Shown here in pieces: positions 41,273 to 54,289 of a stretch of DNA of 64,000 bases (its first letter is position 1; the number at the start of each line of letters is the position of its first letter). The translations under genes and the position numbers were made by a program. The notes under the pieces were generated by a model. It was not told where the DNA came from and searched no databases. It saw only the letters and a list, made by a program, of their open reading frames with translations. Source of the DNA: Eledone cirrhosa. Lineage: Eukaryota. The stretch is taken from the NCBI GenBank assembly GCA_964016885.1, contig OZ024742.1, forward strand, positions 175,150,001 through 175,214,000, given 5' to 3'.

Positions 41273-41532
41273 TAAGTTGCTGTATGGAACATATGAGCAA
41301 GATGTAGTTCTCTGACTTGTCTATACAATGCCAGCATGGAAAGCATACATAAAATTTGGATATGCGTGTGTGCATTTATATGTATAAGTATATATATATG
41401 CACACATATATATATACATATGTAAATATAAATAAATATATATATATGCATATATATGCAAATCAACTTTTCAAATGCAAGTCGATGTTGAAAGGTATGT
41501 CGAATCTATTTATTTATAAGACTGTCTATATT

Positions 41533-41600
41533 GTATTTTGTCTGAAGAAGGCATAACATATTGTTAATATGATATCCCTGAAATATATATAATGAAATAA
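41533..41600 (+). ncRNA. Hammerhead motif in a solo (non-inverted) copy of the 28-29 kb pLTR family (~41495-41730)
   Basis: tattttgt-CTGAAGA-aggcataacatatt gtt aatatgatatccct-GAAA-tatata-TA-atgaaata, followed by the family tail. Confidence 0.82.
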
Positions 41601-42921
41601 ATATGGTTTTATAAATATAATTTCCATTTATTTAATATCGTAAATATACTCCAAATACTTGTTGAGTGCTTTTATATCAGTTATAAATATTTACTCGTTG
41701 TAACCCAACAATTTAAATATAACTTTCCATATATGCATATATATATATATGCATAGAGCAATATATATAGATATGTGTACATACACATATGCACACACAC
41801 ACACACACGCACACACAAATGCACACATACACACACACACACACATAAATATATATATGTACAAAAGGAGAGAGTGAGTGAGAGGGAGAGAGAGTATGAG
41901 AGAGTGAGACAGACAGACAGACAGTCAGACAGATACAGAGAAAGTGAACATATAAACATTAATTTTTTTTTTTATTTCATAATCAATTTAATCAAATGAA
42001 AGAATTAATTTCTTAGAGTCTGAAAATGTTTCTATCCTAAAAATCTAGGATTGGACAGAAATTCATTTCAGATTACATTTAAAAAAATTTTTTTTTATTG
42101 TTGTCATTACTATTATTGTTATTACCATCATCATCATTATTTATTATCATCATCACCATCATCATTATCATCATCATTTCTATTATTATCATTAATTTTA
42201 TTATTATTATAATCATTGTTATTTTCATTCTTGTTGTTGTTGTTGACATTATTATCATCATCTTGAAAATTATTTATATTTTTTTTGTTATTAAGTTTAT
42301 TAAATTTTCATACATTTCAATCTTACTACTTTCGCATTTTAGGAAAGTTGTTATTTTTCATTGATTTAATGAAAAACATCAAAGGAAGAAAAAGAAAAGA
42401 GACAAGATATCATCATCATCATGAGCGTCATATTTTTACGTTTGTTTTCCCATATTTGCATGGGTTGGGCAGGTTGTGTCTAGCAGAGCCACCTTCCATT
42501 TGTTACCTTCCTTTGTCATCTCTGTGAGGTTCAAAATTAAGAGATCCCCTCTTGGTCTTCTTTTACAGCAGCTTTCTTCCAGTGAGAACACTTGGCCTTT
42601 CTTCACCAAACAATCATCATCCATAAGTATCACATGTCTATACCAGTGTGGTCTTTACAATTGCACATTTGAGTGGATTCTTTAATATACATAACTTATT
42701 TCTTAGCTCAATTTTGCTTTTTATCCTTCTAAGGTCGATAAAATAATATCAATCCAATACCAGGCACAGTTTTCCTCTATATCACATTTTTTCTGCCCCC
42801 CCCCCCCGAAAAATGGGCTGTGTTCAAACCTGAAGAGGACATAGGCTCTGCCAAGCTTAAAATGTCCATGACTAGCATGGCTCTACAGCAACCCTACAAT
42901 TATATCAGGAGTTATGAGTCC

Positions 42922-42956
<35 letters not shown>

Positions 42957-42968
42957 TATATATATACA

Positions 42969-43766
42969 CAGGATGCGGATGATATCTGTTCGCAAGATTA
43001 CTGTCCAGGAAAAGGTAGCACAGTAGTTTTATTTTTTAAGATATATTTATCAAACATTGGCTTTGATGACGGCCTCAAGGCAGCCTTGGAACCGGCTACA
43101 GGCCTTCGTCACTGTCCCCCGACTTAGGCCCCTAAAGGCACTTGTGATCCTGGCCTTCACATCGTCTTTTGTATTGCAGCTAGATCTGTTGGCGTCTCGT
43201 TCCACTGCGCCCCACACAAAGAAGTCGCGGGGTTGCAGTCAGGCAAGCTGGGAGGCCAGATGTCAGGTGAAGTGTGGTCAACGAAGTTCTCTGACAGCCA
43301 GGCTTGGGTTTTTCGGCTGGTATGGTAGGGCGCTGAGTCTAGCTGCCACACGTACGGCCTACCTGCAGCTACCTGGTCGATCCAGGGCTTTACTACCTCG
43401 CTCAGAACGCGGATGTTGCCATCGGTGTTCAGTTTGAGGGCCTCAGGGAAGAGGTGAGGTAGCACGACGTCACCTTGATAGCTGACGACACACAAGACCA
43501 ATGTTGTCGCTGAAAACTTTGTCTGCATGACTCTGGGCATGTCTTTGGATTAGACAGCGAGCCACCTGTTGTTCTGGGAGACTCCAAGAAGAACTCCGTG
43601 TCTCTTCCACAAATTTGGAGGTTCAAAATTATTCATAATCAATTATTCTGAGAATAAATAATGGAAATATAGTCACTGTTTTTATGAAGACAAGAGTGAC
43701 AACGGAAGTAAAAAAAATTTGCATAAAATTAGCAGTTGAAAATTGCAAACAAATATCGTCCTCACC

Positions 43767-43769
<3 letters not shown>
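42969..43769 (-). mobile_element. Internally deleted Tc1/mariner-superfamily transposon, maT (DD37D) type
   Basis: TIRs caggatgcggatgatatctgttcgcaa / ttgcaaacaaatatcgtcctcaccctg in TA repeats. Transposase WQLDSAPYH...WPPSLPDCNP[fs]DFFVWG has 37 residues between the last two Asp after frameshift repair. Confidence 0.85.
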
Positions 43770-43846
<77 letters not shown>

Positions 43847-43899
43847 ATATATATATACACACACATGTATGCGAACACACCTGCAATATATATGTACAT

Positions 43900-44095
43900 G
43901 TAATAATTGTTTCTACTTTTGGCACAAGGCCAGCAATTACCCAGTGCATTACTGATACTTTATTTTATTGACCCTGTAAGGATAAAAGGCAAAGTTAAGC
44001 TTGGTGGGATTTGAATTCAGATCATAAAGGGGCGTTACTCTATGCTACAAAGCATTGCGTCCGACTCTCTACCGATACTGCCAATCCACTGCCAA
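43900..44095 (-). mobile_element. Nin/Deu-like tRNA SINE
   Basis: Same sequence family as 23720-23908. Confidence 0.8.
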
Positions 44096-44702
44096 GTAAT
44101 AATACACACAAACACGCACACACACATATTTATATATATATACATATCTATATCCGTTACTGGTGCCATGATGAATTTCCTCCTCCAACTCACCTTGTCT
44201 AACATTGTCATCAGCATTTCCTTTGCCTCTAACCCAGGGTCATCTTCAAGAATATCCTTTAGCATTTTGGTTTTTCTCCTAATTCATCTGCTCACATTTT
44301 AGATTTCCTTTCCATATGTATATATTAGTAATAATAAATACAAAGACCAAGATCCAGAAAGGTCTCTATAAGGGTTGTGTATAGATATATATATATATAT
44401 ATAATATAAATAAAACCTTAGAGAAAATATTTATTTTTAGAAGGTATCAAAAGCTGAAGCAAACAAATTCTCTTTCACCCTAATGATCTTCTGAAACTGA
44501 GATATGTCAATCCATGGATGAAGATATGGATAATTCATAAATACTACAAGCAAATATTGCATTGAAGAAATAGAAAGACATAACAGTAACACACAAATTA
44601 TCTGAATATTTTTTGCTACTATGTATGGAAAAATTGTATATAAATAAATCTAATGTTATTAAATCTAAAGATATTTGATGGTAATAATGATACTGGTAAT
44701 AA

Positions 44703-44925
44703 TAATAATTGTTTCTACTATTGGCACAAGGGCAGCAATTACCCAGTACATTACTGGTACTTTATTTTATCGACCCCGTAAGGATGAAAGGCAAAGTTAA
44801 CCTCGACGGGATTTGAACTCAGACCATAAAGGGACGTAACTATGCTGGAAAGCATGGCGTCCGACTCTCTACCGATACTGCCAATCCACCGGTCCAACCC
44901 TCTACCGATACTGCCAATCCACGGC
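44703..44925 (-). mobile_element. Nin/Deu-like tRNA SINE with duplicated head
   Basis: Same family; ctctaccgatactgccaatccac is duplicated. Confidence 0.8.
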
Positions 44926-44937
44926 CCTTAATAATAA

Positions 44938-45672
44938 TCTAAACTATAATAAAGCAAGGGCTGCGGGACTGCATCACGGTTTATTTCTTTTAATCCAGTT
45001 AGTAAAATAAGTTGGATTACTTTGAATAAATAATTGTTTCTACTTTTGGCACAAGGCCAGCAATTATCCAAGTAAAGTACTGGTACTTTATTTTATCGAC
45101 CCCGTAAGGATGAAAGGCAAAGTTAATGAATATTACATAATTTATGTGCTAAATTTCGTAAACAAATAATTTCGTAAAAATAAATAATCTAAAATTGACT
45201 TCTTTTCAAAGTTGCACTTCCGGTATATCGTCACCACCACTTCAACTACCATATATATAGAAAGAGAGAGTGTATGATGAGAGAGATAGAGATCTTATGA
45301 TTTTCTACACACTGAAGCGTATGAGTGTGCACATACATACATCTATATGTATGAGTATAAAACTATTATGTGTATATAATTATAATGGCGCAAACACAAA
45401 CTTATAAAAATACACACTCACGGACATAATACACATACATTCACACAAACATACATACATTCACACATATACATTTACACAAACCCACATATACAGTAAC
45501 GATAGCGTTCGGTTTAACTGGAAATGGGAGGATAAAACAAGTATAACGTTTTATTTATTTAACTCTTTATTTATTTATTAACTCTTTATTTATTCATTAA
45601 CACTTTATTTATTTATTAACTCTTTTTTTAAAACTCATTTAATATAACCACCTTCGGGTGGTTTTCTGCTAG
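44938..45672 (+). mobile_element. Non-autonomous Helitron (with SINE fragment at ~45030-45127)
   Basis: A|TCtaaactataataaag 5' end; 3' hairpin aaccacc-ttcg-ggtggtt followed by ttctgCTAG. Confidence 0.65.
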
Positions 45673-46015
45673 CATGTGTAGTGTGTATATTGATATTATA
45701 CGCAAGTATATATGCATGTAGATATGATACATCAAATAAAGCCGTAATTGACAATATACACAGAAATTGAACGAAGACTGTCTTCTGTAATCAGTAACGT
45801 AATGCATGATACATAAAAAAAAAGACGATATTATATATCTGCTAGCATGTGTAGTGTGTATATTGATATTTTACACATGTATATATGCATGTAGATATGG
45901 TCATATAAAACTGTAATTGACAATATACACTGAAATTGAACGAAGAGTGTGTTACACTGTCGTATGTAATCAATAACGTAATCCATGATACATTAAAAAC
46001 ACGATATTATATATA
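45665..46015. repeat. Tandem duplication, ~175-bp unit x2
   Basis: tctgctagcatgtgtagtgtgtatattgatatt...acgatattatata twice. Confidence 0.85.
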
Positions 46016-46272
46016 AACTGCATTAGGAGAAAATTAGTGACAGAAATATATGAATATTTATTTAAACGATCGCTAACCGTTTGAACATTTTAAAAAAGTG
46101 AATCTTTAAATAAGTAATAAAATATATTTAATAAACAGCCACGAAATTTAGTAGATAAATTATGTAATATTCATTCATTATTTATTCAAAGTAATCCAAC
46201 TTATTTTACTAAGGGGATAAAAAATTATAAACCGTACGCAGTCTCGCGCTTCTTACTTTATTATAGTTTAAA

Positions 46273-46902
46273 CTAGCAGAATGGCACCGCGTTGCTCGGG
46301 ATTCTAAACATAGATTGGCATGTTTATCCCTCCTTTATGAAACAGTACAGAGAAGTACAGAATACATAGGCCTGGGGATGGTGTCTACATTTTGTGCTGA
46401 TATATATATATATATATATATATTAAAAGAATCGCTGCTTTCACCCTTAACGGGATATTCTGAAACTAAAAACTCAATCTGTGAACGCAGAAGAAAATAT
46501 TTCGAAAAACGTTGCAACCGAAGGAAAACAGGAAGACGATACTTTGGTTCGTGAAAACATTCCCGGGCAATGAACGGAAAATAGCGAAGATGATACGTCA
46601 GCAATAAGAATAATATTTGTCATAATGTCGTACTGCAGACAGCCAGACATACAAACATATATTATAAGGGTGCGACGTTATAGCTATCTATCTATCTAAA
46701 AAGACAGACTAAGAAAGATAGAGAGATCGCTAACCGGCGCCTAATCCGGTCCCTAGGGCATTGAAAATTTGAAATAGTTTTTACTCCAAACATTCACACG
46801 ACCATACGTATTACATGTGTAAAGTTTGAAAAAAATCGGTCAGGTGGTTCTCGAGTTTTAGGGAGTCAGACAGACAGACATTCTCTGTTTTAGATGTGTA
46901 GA
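46273..46902 (-). mobile_element. Non-autonomous Helitron
   Basis: Minus strand A|TCtacacatctaaaacagagaatgtctgtctgtctg...cccgagcaacgcggtgccattctgCTAG|T. Confidence 0.75.
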
Positions 46903-46975
46903 TTAAGCACTGTTGTACGCCCATTGATTAGATATATATAAATGTAATAGCATATAAATTATGTCTGATGCAGAG

Positions 46976-47032
<57 letters not shown>

Positions 47033-47211
47033 CACACACACATACATACCACACCACACACAAATCGTCTTCATAAGTTAGTGAAGCTATTATTAATCCT
47101 CCCCGGGTGAAGTAACTTGCAAATTCTTCGTAATTCATGAAATGCAATAATACATCTAACGGACACACACACAGACAAATATATCTGTTCATACATAGAC
47201 ATATATTTAGG

Positions 47212-48256
47212 TGAAGTCTGGTCGAAGTGCGCATGTGCGAAGTCTGGTCCGAATGCGCACGCGCGAAGGCTGGTCCGAAGTCCGCATGCACGAAGTCAGG
47301 TTCGAAGTGCGCATGCGAGTAGACTGGTCAGTACTGCGCATGCGCGAAGGCTGGTCCGAAGTGTGCATGCGCGTAGGCTGTCAGTACTGCGCATGCGCGA
47401 AGGCTGGTCCGAAGTGGACATACGTGAAGTCTACCGAAGTGCACATGCGCGAAGGCTGGTCCGAATAGCACATGGCGTAGGCTGGACCGAAGTGCGCATG
47501 TGCGACGTCTGATCAGTACTGCGCATGCGCGAAGGCTGGTGCGTAGTGCGCATGCGCGAAGGCTGGTCCGTACTGCGCATGCGCGATGTCTGGACCGAAG
47601 TGCGCATGCGCGAAGGCTGGTAAGAGTAGTGCATGTGCGAAGGCTGGTCCGAAGTGGACATACGCGAAGTCTACCGAAGTGCACATGCGCGAAGGCTGGT
47701 CAGAGTGCGCATGCGTGAAGGATGGTCCGAAGTGTGCAAGCGCTAAGGCCGGTCCGTGCAGCCCATGCGCAAAGTCTTACCATAGTGCGCTTGTTCGGTG
47801 GCTGGTCCATACTGCGCATTCACGAAGTCTTATTCGAAGTGCGCATTCGCGAAGACTGGTCCGAAGCATGCATGCACCAAGTCTTATCCGAAGTGCGCAT
47901 GTGCGAAGGTTTGTCCGTACTGTGCATGCGCGTAGGCTGGTCTGTACTGCGCATGTGCAAATTCTGGTCTGTACTGCGCATGAGCGTAGGCTCGTCCGTA
48001 CTGTGCATGCGTGAAGGCTGGTCCATAGTGTGCTTGTACGAAGGCTGGTCCGTACTGCGCACGCGCGAAGTAAGGTCCGAAGTGCGTATGCGCGAAGTTG
48101 GTCGAAAGTGCGCATGCGCGAAGTCTGGTCCGAAGTGCGCATGCTCGAAGTCCGGTCCATACTGCGCAAGCGGGAAAGCTGGACCATACTGTGCATGCAC
48201 GAATCCCCCTCTGAACTGCGCATGCGTGAAGGACGCTCCGTGCTGCGCATGCGCGA
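47212..48256. repeat. GC/CpG-rich ~27-bp minisatellite between ~120-bp direct repeats (47041-47170 / 48282-48388)
   Basis: Unit gaag/gtac-tgcgcatgcgcgaaggctggtcc, roughly 38 copies. The flanks cacacaaatcgtcttc...gttagtgaagctattattaatcctccc...gcaataatacatctaacggacacac are duplicated. Confidence 0.92.
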
Positions 48257-49189
48257 ATATATATATATATATATAGACACACACATACATACCTCACACA
48301 AATCGTCTTCCGAGGTTAGTGAAGCTATTATTAATCCTCCCTGGATGACGTAATTCTTGAATTGCAATAATACATCTAACGGACACACTCTCTAGAATAG
48401 ATATATTAGCGTGTGCGTGAGAGCGAGAGATAGATAGACAGGTAGGTTGGCAGGTAGATAGATAGGTCGATAGATCGATACGTAGATATATAGGTAGGTA
48501 GATAGAAAGATAGACGATAGTGTGGTTATCTGTATATGTGACTGTGTGTATGTATGTGAAGATGTGGAAATAAAGAAAGGATAATTTACTACAGTACCAA
48601 TGATTCAATCCACAGGTGTATATTCTTTTTATCATTGCATAAGTACATAGACTCATTCACACACATATATATATATATGTATGTGTTGTGTGTTTAGGTG
48701 TGTGTATATGTGCGTGTGCATAAGTGTTTATGTGTATATATATGTATATTTGTGTGTGTGTGTATCTGTTTACTTATGTGTGTGATTATAATTTTGAGAG
48801 TTCGAATCCCATCAGTGCGTTGTGTTCTTGAGCAAGACACTTTATTTTGCCTTTTTTCTCTCCACTGAAGTAAAAAAAAAGTGTACTCTGCCAGTCAGTC
48901 GAAGAACCAATGTAGTCCCAACCTGAAACCCTCCGTTATACGTGTCTATGGAATGCTCAGGCACTCTCACCTTATTTCAGGCAGTTCCATTTGAGAAACC
49001 TTACTGAAAGAATACTCGTCGCAAGCGATAGGATACCATCATACATATGAACATATAGACATACACGTTTCAAGGAGAATAGAAGAGATCAATAAAATAA
49101 GTACTAGATTTTAAAATATATGTACTGGAATTGAGGTCAAGAAAATCCTTTAATCGTGGTACCCCAGCATGGGCATAGTCTAACGTCTG

Positions 49190-51970
49190 AAACAAATGCA
49201 GGTCGGAGAATTGTTCTTCCTCCTTCAATCTATGGTTCCCCTTGCTTCTACAGTGAGTGCTTTCAGAATTCGATGACTGTGGTTCGACACATGGGAAAGC
49301 CATCTTATTTCATCACGGTAACAACTAACCCTAACTGGGATGAAATAAAAAATAGCTTGCACCCTGGTGAAAAACCTATATACCATCCTGATATTTGTCA
49401 AGAGTCTTCAAGATCTAGCATGACAGCCTCATGGATGACATACTGAACAAAAATGTCCTAGGAAAAGTTGTGGCTCATTCTGCTACAATAGAGTGGCAGA
49501 AAATGAGGTCTCACTCATGCTCATATTCTGCTGATAATGGCTGAAGATAGCAAGTCCAAAACTGCTGATGCCATTGATCAGGTAGTGTACTGTGAGATTT
49601 CTGATAAAGAGACCAATCCAATTCTGCATAAGATCATCACATCCTGCAACATTCATGGCCCATGTGGACAAGCTAATATGATGTGCTCATGTATGAAAGG
49701 GCTAGGACAACAAATTCCTTTCCGGAGTATAGAAGATGGGATAGACAGCATGGTGGTCACACTCATACAATCCAACTTAAAGGTCAATAATTTACTGCTG
49801 ATAATCTTTGGATTGTTCCATACAACCCTTTCCTCTCATTGAGATATCAGTGCCACATCAATGGTGAGGCTGTCCACAGTGTCAAGGCTGTTAAGTACTT
49901 ATATAAGTACATCACAAAAGGATCAGACAAGATCACTTTCACTATTGAGGATGATCAAGGAAATTGTGTCCATGCCCAAAATGAGATTGAGACTTATATC
50001 AATGCATGGTACATCTCAGCCAATGAAGCATTCTGGAGAATCTATAAATGTCCATTACAACATCGAAAACCGCTAGTTGAAAATTTGCCTTGCCATATAC
50101 CCAAGGAACAAATGCTCGTGTATGAGCGAGGGCAGGAAGAAAGTATTGTTTCTAGGGCACAGCCAATGACTAAGTTGACGGAATATTTTCAACTGAATAT
50201 TAGAGACTCACTGGCAAAAATCATTGTATATTGATATTCCTAAATATTTCACTGATCCATTACGCTTGGTTTTCAGCTGCAAGAGATCTTCTGCACCATT
50301 TTATTGTACAGCATGACAAATGACCCTCTGCAGTTCTGGGGGAAATGGAAGAATTGTTTTGCAGAGGATATCATGCATGAAATTCATGAGCAAGTCATGT
50401 CCATGCAAACCGTGCAGATTGTTCTACAGAAGATCCAACAAAGACATCAACATGGTGGCTTGGACATTCATGCCAACTATGGACTTCCTCGGCCAGACCC
50501 AACCATTGTTGCCATACCAGAAATCAACAGGGTTCTTATGGCAGAAACTGATTTCAATACACTCCAACTGCAAGCAAACATAAATGAACTTCTGACAACA
50601 TTGAATCCTGAGCAACTGGTTATTTTTCACAAAGTCATCACCTCTGTAAATGAAAATGAAGGCAGAATTTTCTGCTTGAATGCAAGTGCAGGTACAGGAA
50701 AGACCTATGTCATAAACATCCTATTGGATTACTTCCGATGCCCCCCAAAAATTGGACTTGTCACTGTCATATATGGAATAGCAACCACTTTGCTTCACAA
50801 AGGTAGAACTCTTCATTCCAATTGCAAGATTCCTCTCAATGTGACAGCTGAATCAACTTGCTTCTTCACAAAGAGGGATGACTCAGGTAAACCTATGCAG
50901 CAAGCTGACCGCCTAATCATTGATAAAATAGGTATGGGACATAAGCATATCTTTGAATGCCTTGACAGGAGCTTCAAAGATGTTTGAGATTGCAAAAAGC
51001 CATTTGGTGGTCTAACAGTATTACTATCTGGTGACTAGAAGCAAATTCCTCCAGTTGTACGTTATGGTGCTAGACCACAAATAGTTGAGGCAACCATCAA
51101 GAGAACCTATCTCTGGGACTATGTGGAAACCATGGAGATGACAATCAATCCACGGTTAATTAATGCCAAGGATTCTGATGAAAGACAGTTTGCAAACTTA
51201 TTCTTGATGTGGGAAATGGTAACATTCCAACTGTTCCAACTGTAGGTGCATTCACAATTCTTCTGCCAAATGAACTTTGGCTGGAATATGGTAATGTGTC
51301 TGGACTGTGTGATTTTGTGTATACAAATCTTCCAGGAAACTACACAAACCCACTATGGCTTGCAAATAGAGCCATTATCACTCCAACAAAGGATGCAGCA
51401 AGATTGGTGAATGAATTCATGGTCAACAAGTTCCCTGGTCAAGAAATAATCTACAGAAGCTCTGACACAGTAGATAATGAACTGCAATATCCAATTGAGT
51501 TCATCAACAAACTTACCCCATCAGGCTTCCCAACATACATACTTAAACTGAAGAAAGGCAGTTGCATCATGCTTCTGAGAAATCTGGATCCTCTAAACGG
51601 GCATTGCAATGGTACATGCTACATCATCATCAGTTTACATAATCATGTAATTGAAGCTGAAATGACATTGGGTCCCAATGTTGGAACAAGGTTTCTAATC
51701 CCAAGGACACCACATATATCTCAAGAGCTTCAGTTCCCTTTCACCTTTACTCGCAAGCAATTTCCTGTCAAACCAGCCTTTGCCCTTACATGCAACAAAG
51801 CATAAGGGCAGATATTTGAAAAGATAGGTGTATATCTCCAAACACAATTCTTCTTACATGGTCAGATGTATGTTGCATTATCACGAGTGACAAAAAAAGA
51901 AAATATAAAAATATTAAATGAAAGGGGTCTGTTTGCTGACAACTGTGTCTACAAAGAAATTTTACAGTGA
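49190..51970 (+). pseudogene. Helitron Rep/PIF1-helicase (RepHel) pseudogene
   Basis: Rep motifs: IVLPPSIYGSP, KPSYFITVTTNPNWDEI, EWQK*GLTHAHIL (HUH), KYLYKYITKG. Helicase motifs: ASAGTGKT, LIIDKIGM, SGD*KQIPPVV, LKKGSCIMLLRNLD..GHCNGT, RKQFPVKPAFALTCNK, HGQMYVALSRV. Many stops and frameshifts. Confidence 0.95.
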
Positions 51971-52439
51971 TGTGAAACAGCTATCACTCTCTTTTAGTTG
52001 AAATGCATTTCAGTAACTTTTTAACTGCTAGAAAAGAGACACTACAAAAACGTAAGAAGTCTATATGTGAATACAATAAAACAACAATATAACAAAGGTC
52101 AACTCTTTATATTGGTAAATGTAATTCATTCATTCATACCAGCAGCATCTATTTTCAAATTCACTGCTTGAAGCTTCCCATAAACATTCTCAAGTGAAGT
52201 TTCATGAACATTTTCCGTCAACAGTTTCATTGCTTTTCCATCTCCATTATCACCTTTTTTTTTAATGTATCATGGATTACTTTACTGATTACAGAAGTAA
52301 GTGTAACACAGTCTTTGTTCAGTTTATGTGCATATTGTCAATTTACGTATTATATCTATGTGCATATATATTTGCATATATCAATATAGACACCAATGCA
52401 GCATACAATGCAGCATAGCCCACTTAAATGAGGGTAGAC

Positions 52440-54268
52440 AGATCCCTTCATGATTGTTGAAGGGGATCTGCCTAGGGTAGTGACGAAAATCACTTCTTGC
52501 CAGTAAGGTTAAAATGGATTCTTCATATAAAATACAGACTAGACACAAATTATACTACAGTGTCTGACTCGTGGGTCAGCAAGAGATGTGTCTGTTTGGG
52601 AAGAACTAGCCTGAAATCAAAACGTTGGTGATTGTAACAAATTCTTCTGAAATTGATATTGAGGGAAATCAGAACCAAGAAATCAACCCTGACATGTTAA
52701 AACAAACACCAAGTAACACAAACGTCAAATGAATTACTAAAAATAGATGAGGAAGAGAAGAGTATGAACAAGTCATGACAGCATTTTACACATCATTAAA
52801 CCAACCAAATGTAATAAAACAGCTGAGTTTTAGTATCTTGAGAGAAATGATAGGGGACAATACCCATAATTATATTGATACAAACAAACTAACCAACAGA
52901 CACAGAGACATCATGCATAACAACCCTCTTAGACTCACAGAATTAGAGACAATCAAAAATAATGTAGCTATCATCCCAGAAAATCGAACTGAAGCACATG
53001 GTGCAGACACTGGGAATAATGAACAGAAAAACATTATTCAACTTATTGATGGAGACAGCCCTAAACATAATGTTGATGCAAGCAACACAGAATCTGAAGT
53101 TGTAGATGGTCAAGCTGACACTGAGATAACAGAAGGTAGGAAAGAACCTGAAGCTGCAATGGCTAACGCATTTGATGAAGCCAATAGATAGAAAATACTT
53201 GAGGTGAAATATGATATCTTGAGAGAGTTGGGCATTTCTAAACATCGAGAAGTGAATGAGAGAGATCAATTACCAAAGTTTCAGAAATTCAAATCAAATT
53301 GCTGTATGGTCAAAATATATAACTATACCCTGAAGCAGCTTCTCCTTGAATCTGAAACAGATTTAACTTCATTAAACCATCTTTATACTCAACATCTATT
53401 GTGGCTACAAAGAAAATAAGCATCAAAATAAAGAAAAAGGCTCCCCAAAACGCACACAAACAGCCATGTTGGAATGAATGCATAAATAAGGACATTGAGA
53501 GCTTCTGAGTGGAATTATTGATCATAGACGAATTCTCTAGAGGAAATAATGTAAAAATGAGAATGACTAAAATGTTGAAATGAAAGTACAATCTGATAAA
53601 CAGGAATGAAGTCCTGAGAGCAAAATAGATGGTTAAGCAAAAAGTTCAGGTTAAGAACTAACACTTATGCAAACACGAAAAGAGGAACAAATTTGATAGA
53701 CAAAATAAAATATTTAAAGCTGACATTAAGAAATTTTACACAGATTTGGGAAACAATCGATCAATGTAAAAGACCCGTCTGATGAGAAGTAGTAGTGACA
53801 TTTTGGAAAAGCATATGGAGTGATAGAAAAGAATTTAATGTGAAATATGAATGAGTAGGAAGAGAAGAAGAAAGAATGGCTGAGATGGAGGAACAGGAAT
53901 AGGAGGATATTGCAATACAGGAACTAACTGAAGCTCATAAGTCCTTTGGACATAATAACATTCGAAACCTCTGGCTTTATATCCTCTCATCATTCCACTG
54001 CCAGTTAATGGAATATTTCTCAAATATAATTAGAAGACTTGAGAAGACTCCAAACTGGCTCACATTAGGGATAACATACCTACTCCATAAAATGAGCGAA
54101 ACAAAGACCCTGAAAACATACATACTGATCACTTGTATGCCAAGTATGTACAAAATACTTACATCCGTCCTTACCAAAAGGATGCACCAATTTCTCAATC
54201 AAAACAACATCATTTCTCTCTTGAGCAAAAAGAGTACAAAAGTAACTCATATGGCTGGAATGACTAAT
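52440..54268 (+). mobile_element. Decayed 5'/central part of an R4/Dong-like non-LTR element
   Basis: KQKVQ...EKRNKFDRQNKIF..DIKKFY and PNWLTLGITYLLHK...TY.LITCMPSMYKILTSVL match RT subdomains 1-2 of the R4/Dong clade. Confidence 0.65.
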
Positions 54269-54289
54269 AATAATAAGTAAGATAAATAT

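Noticed and set aside
47212-48256. CRISPR-like array
   Set aside because: The units are contiguous degenerate tandem repeats without unique spacers, there are no cas genes, and the context is eukaryotic.
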